From Prorocentrum cordatum (taxonomy: Eukaryota), in assembly GCA_963575745.1 (NCBI GenBank), contig CAUYUJ010000164.1, forward strand, positions 1 through 64,000: DNA of 64,000 bases, read 5' to 3'. Shown here piece after piece: positions 59,671-64,000 of this stretch. The translations under genes and the position numbers were made by a program. The notes below the pieces were generated by a model. That model saw nothing but the letters and a program-made list of their open reading frames with translations. It had not been told where the DNA came from and did no database searches. How positions within the stretch are numbered: position 1 is the stretch's first letter; each line of letters begins with the position of its first letter.

Positions 59671-62600
59671 TCGTTTGCATGGGCCCAGGCCCAGAATCGC
59701 AGGAGAGCCCGACGAGCGAAGCGCGAGCATCTCCGCGCGATCGCTGGCTTCGAATAGTTGGAACAAACTATACCGCTCATGCCTGCTGATCGAGATTCCC
59801 CCCCCATCAGGCCCCTACACATATGCGAGCAGGACGAGGGGCATCATGAGCGAGAGAAGGGGAAAGTGGAGAAAAAGGAGAAAGAGACGGAGGAGACGGA
59901 GAACGAGAAGGCGGAGAAGGAGACCGAAACGGAACTTGAGGATAAGAAGGATGGGGAGATCTGTTTGTCCCTCCTCTCTCCTCCAGCTGGTCCATCGCAG
60001 CCGCCATCATCGCGTGCATCTCTTCGTATGGCAGCTCGGGGATCTCGTTATCCTGCGGAGGGTGTTCCTCCTCCTCCTCCTCCTCCTCATCCCCCTCGCG
60101 ATTTTTCAGCTCGCTGAAGGGTTAGGGGGCGCCTTTCCAGATTCCTGGCGCAATGCCAGACCACAGCATGTTTGGAAACCGTGAGCTCACGCCGCCCAAG
60201 CATTCTGTGCCGCGGCATCGTCATGATCAGGAATTGGACCCCGAGTGGCCCCCATTCCCATCGTCTTTTTGGCGATCCCAGTGCGCAAACATGATGCGCA
60301 GCTGGCGGCTCTGAAGGTACATCAGATCGGAATGCTTCAATGTGAGGCCCCCCTCATCTCCTCAGGCTTCTCTGGCCCCAGGGGTCCGACCAACGCGAGC
60401 ACCACCCTCCTTCCCTTTCGTTTCCTGGGCCCAATTGGCCCGAACAGCACGATATCATTCCCGGGATCCTCTTCTTCTCAGGTATTGTTCGGGTAGCCCG
60501 ATCCACGCCTAGCACCCCATACTCTCCTCGCGTTTTTCTGACCCGAGAGGTCCGAACAGCACAGCCACCTGGGGTTGTTATGTGTCCAGGGGTCCGACCA
60601 GCACGATGTTCTACCCCTCCCCGCCTTTCAAGTTAGCCCCTCCTCTTCTATCCTCTCCTCGATCTCCTTCAGCGGTCCGATGTCCCTTTCCTCCACTCGC
60701 GAACGCGATGTCTGACACAACCCCTCCCCCAAAGCCCGTTCGGGCAGAGGCTCCAGGCCCCGCGAAACCCCTCGCCGCGATGCCCGACGCCGACCCTTCA
60801 CAACAACACCCCGACCTCGTTCAATGTGTTCGGGCATCAGGTCCCATCAACACAAGCACCCCCCCTTTCCTTGCGTTTTCCTGGCCCCAGCGAATCAACG
60901 CGATTGCATGTGTGTTCCTCCTTACGATTCCTGACCCTAGGAGTCCGAACAAATTTTCGCCCCCCCCCCCCCCCTGCAGTTTGTCTGACGTCCAGGGCTC
61001 CGAAAGCGCGAACGTCACCCCTTCTCGTTGGTTTATCGTGGGCCCCAGGGGTCCGATGAGATGGATTATTTGGGCGGCGGTGTGGGGTGGATCCTCGAGT
61101 GATCTCCACCTCGCCCCTATCCTCCTTATCCTTCTCCTCCTCATGGGCGGCTTGATGGCGTCCACCATCGTCTTCGGGGGGAAGCGGCCTTTCTCCAACT
61201 TGTACTTCTCGCGCAACACCGAGCCGAACGCGAGCTGCCACGCCGCCTGCGGGGATGGAGGAGCACGTGCAAAAGGCGAAGGGACAGAGGGATAGAAGAA
61301 GCAGAACACGTGGATACATCAGGAGCTACAGACATGCAACTGGGCCTCCACCGATCTTTCCCTCATCGATCCTCCGACCCTTCCCTAGCTCATAGAGCCT
61401 CCATCCTCCGATCCGCCCCTCATCGATCCTCCGAGATCATTCCTTCATCGAGCCTCCTCGTGATCGCATCTAGCGCCTCATCCGATCCTTCCCTCATGGA
61501 TCGCCGCGCCTCCATCGTATTCTGGCTGAGGCGCTCTCCGTTGGTGACGTTGTTGATCGCCTCCAGGGTCGGCACGAATGCCCCCCCTTCACGCGTTCCC
61601 ACGGGCGCGGATCGAGGAACAGAATCGAGACAGTGCAGTCGGGGCGTTGACCTAAGGAACCCTAAATAAGGAACGAGGCCCCTGTTTCCCATACGTTCAT
61701 CCCCGGCCCCCCCCTGGAAAGCCCCAGGAAAACCCGAAGCAAACTGCGAAGCATTCCAGGAACACCGAGCCCCTCCCCAACGAAAAGGATTCATTCTTCA
61801 GCGCCCCGACTGTATGAAGATAATGACCTATAGGCAGGGGGCACGGTTGACTACCTAGCATCTCTTGTGGACCCTTCTCCCGATCGAACCGCTCGACCTT
61901 CGTCCGCCTCATGCAGATCGCCCCTCTCGATCCTCGGGGCAGGATGCACCCCTCCCCTCCTTCAGCGCTGCGTAGCAAGGGCGGTCACCGCTCTTCTGGC
62001 ACGGGTAGCTTCCGAAGTCGGGGATCGTCGGATGTCCTCGCGGCGGTGCGAGGGCGAGGCTCAAGGTTGAGATTCGGTAGGCCTCAGATGGCAGGCGTTT
62101 GCGATGAGGAGAGTACGGTTTCAATGGTGATGCAGCTGGGGGCCGATGTGGCGGCAAAGAGGGATGATACAGTCCCCAGAAGAGGCAAACGGAGGAAGCG
62201 GACCAGGAGGACGATGGACGAGCAGGATACCGATGCAGAAAGGGATCTAAGTCGCGTCGTCGTCTGAACCGACGTCGCCCGAAACGTCGCTACCGTTATC
62301 ATTGATGAGGAATTGCGTCGCCATGGCAACCACCGTCAGCATCATGATCATTAGTATCGCTGTCGGTGATCACCATCGGCATCATCATCGCCATCGCCAT
62401 CACCGTTCTCCATCACCCTCATCATCGTAGTATTCGTCGCCATGGTTAGCATCAGCGTCGACGATATCGGCGTCAGTCGTCGAATGCGCGGCGCTAGCTC
62501 CTGCCAAGCACAACTGGCCGATCGTGTCCGTCTGGGTACGCAGCGCCTCGGGACGCGGTGCGGAGGTGAGGAACGCGAGAGGCATATGCATGGGTCCTCA

Positions 62601-62903
62601 TCCTCATCCCTCATCCTCACCCCTCGTCCTCATCCTCATCCTCGTCCCTCCTCGTCCTCATCCTCGTCCTCATCCTCAACCTCGCCCCCCTCCTCATCCT
62701 CGTCCTCATCCTCATCTGCATCCTCCTCCTCATCGTCGAGCCCGATCGCCAATCCTGGTCCTCATCCTCATCCTCATCCTCATCCTTATCCTATCCGTGC
62801 TCGTCCTCATCGTTCTCCGATCCATGTGCCTCGGGCTGAACTAATCCTAGAAACTCTGCCGATCGGAATTCTCATGTCCTCCTCGAGCTCCTACTCCTGG
62901 ACA

Positions 62904-63785
62904 GAAGAGGCGATCATCTGAATGTGGAATATACAAAACGCATATACACCATGCAGCGCGCGCGGGCGGGTCACCCGCGCGCGCGCCGCCCTCCACGCGC
63001 ATGTACATTTTGATACAACGGGGGCGATGTTAACTCGAAAACCCAATGGTGAAAACCCAATGTGAAAATTCATTCTCCGATCGGAAGAGGCGATCATCTG
63101 AATGTGGAATATACAAAACGCATATACACCATGCAGCGCGCGCGCGGGCGGGTCACCCGCGCGCGCGCCGCCCTCCACGCGCATGTAAATGTTGATACAA
63201 CAGGGGCGATGTTAACGCGAAAACCCAATGGTGAAAACCCAATGTAAAACTTCATTCTCTGGTCTCATCTGAATGTGGAAGATGCAATTTCGCATATACA
63301 CCATGCAGCGCGCGCGCCGCCCTCCGCGCCCTCGTATACATATTGATATACAACAGGAGCGATGTTAACTCGAAAACCCAATGGTGAAAACCCAATGCAA
63401 AAATTCATTCTCTGATCGGAAGAGGCGATCATCTGAATGTGGAATATACAAAACGCATATACACCATGCAGCGCGCGCGCGGGCGGGTCACCCGCGCGCG
63501 CGCCGCCCTCCACGCGTATGTACATTTTGATATACAACAGGGGCGATGTTAACTCGAAAACCCAATGGTGAAAACCCAATGTAAAACTTCATTCTCTGAT
63601 CTCATCTGAATTGGAATATACAGATTCGAATATACACCATGCAGCGCGCGCGCCGCCCTCCGCGCCCTCGTATACATATGGATATACAACGGGAGCGATG
63701 TTAACTCGAAAACCCAATGGTGAAAACCCAATGTGAACTTTCATTCTCTGATCGGAACGGGCGATTATCTGAACGTGGAATGCGC
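62904..63785. repeat. Satellite-like tandem array, 163-180-bp units, two alternating unit types
   Basis: TCATCTGAA anchor at 62914, 63094, 63265, 63429, 63602 and (variant TTATCTGAA) 63765; conserved GAAAACCCAATGGTGAAAACCCAATG. Confidence 0.9.
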
Positions 63786-64000
63786 ATGCGCCAACATAAT
63801 GCGGCGGCATCGGATTATTGCTCATGCGGTCGTTCAACGCGCGATCCAACAAAAAACAAGACATGCGCAACAAAAACAAGACATGATACAGAAAAACAAG
63901 ACATGCCCCAAAAAACAAGACAACGTCAACAACATCACAGCATGGCGCGAATTTCAAGACAAAACAGCAATCTTGAAAAAAATGCAGCTGGAGGATGTCA

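Noticed and set aside
59700..62350. ORFs of 100-240 aa near the right end
   Set aside because: No recognisable motifs or consistent codon bias; partly built from degenerate repeats (GGGTCCGA.CAGCAC, TCGATCCTCC).
62904..63785. CRISPR array or tandem RNA genes (5S/SL/tRNA)
   Set aside because: No unique spacers and no recognisable DinoSL, 5S or tRNA sequence.

Overview
Repeat-dense eukaryotic DNA, very probably a dinoflagellate nuclear genome. This is inferred from relics of the dinoflagellate spliced leader (DCCGTAGCCATTTTGGCTCAAG), GC-donor introns with AG|G acceptors, high GC and long GGA/CCT microsatellite fields. Most ORFs in the track are low-complexity artefacts. The supportable content is: (1) a non-LTR retrotransposon (1-~9461) whose coiled-coil ORF1 joins ORF2 through an apparent -1 frameshift signal; ORF2 reads RNase H-APE-RT-2xC2H2 plus a degenerate C5-methyltransferase-like tail. 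(2) A complete 12.6-kb CACTA/EnSpm(CMC)-like DNA transposon (26091-38700) with CCCAGA TIRs and a 2-bp AT TSD, nested in a related MITE. It encodes an intact, spliced 600-aa transposase and three cargo genes, one a DNMT-like protein lacking the catalytic Cys, each preceded by a spliced-leader relic. (3) A minus-strand, AT-richer cluster (~47300-51900) with a decayed KDZ-type transposase and a decayed SF3-helicase/Rep-like gene. (4) A second decayed LINE (RT-zf-RNase H) after an assembly gap. (5) Several MITE families, tandem repeats and a ~170-bp satellite. All protein family calls come from motif recognition by eye and need HMM confirmation.
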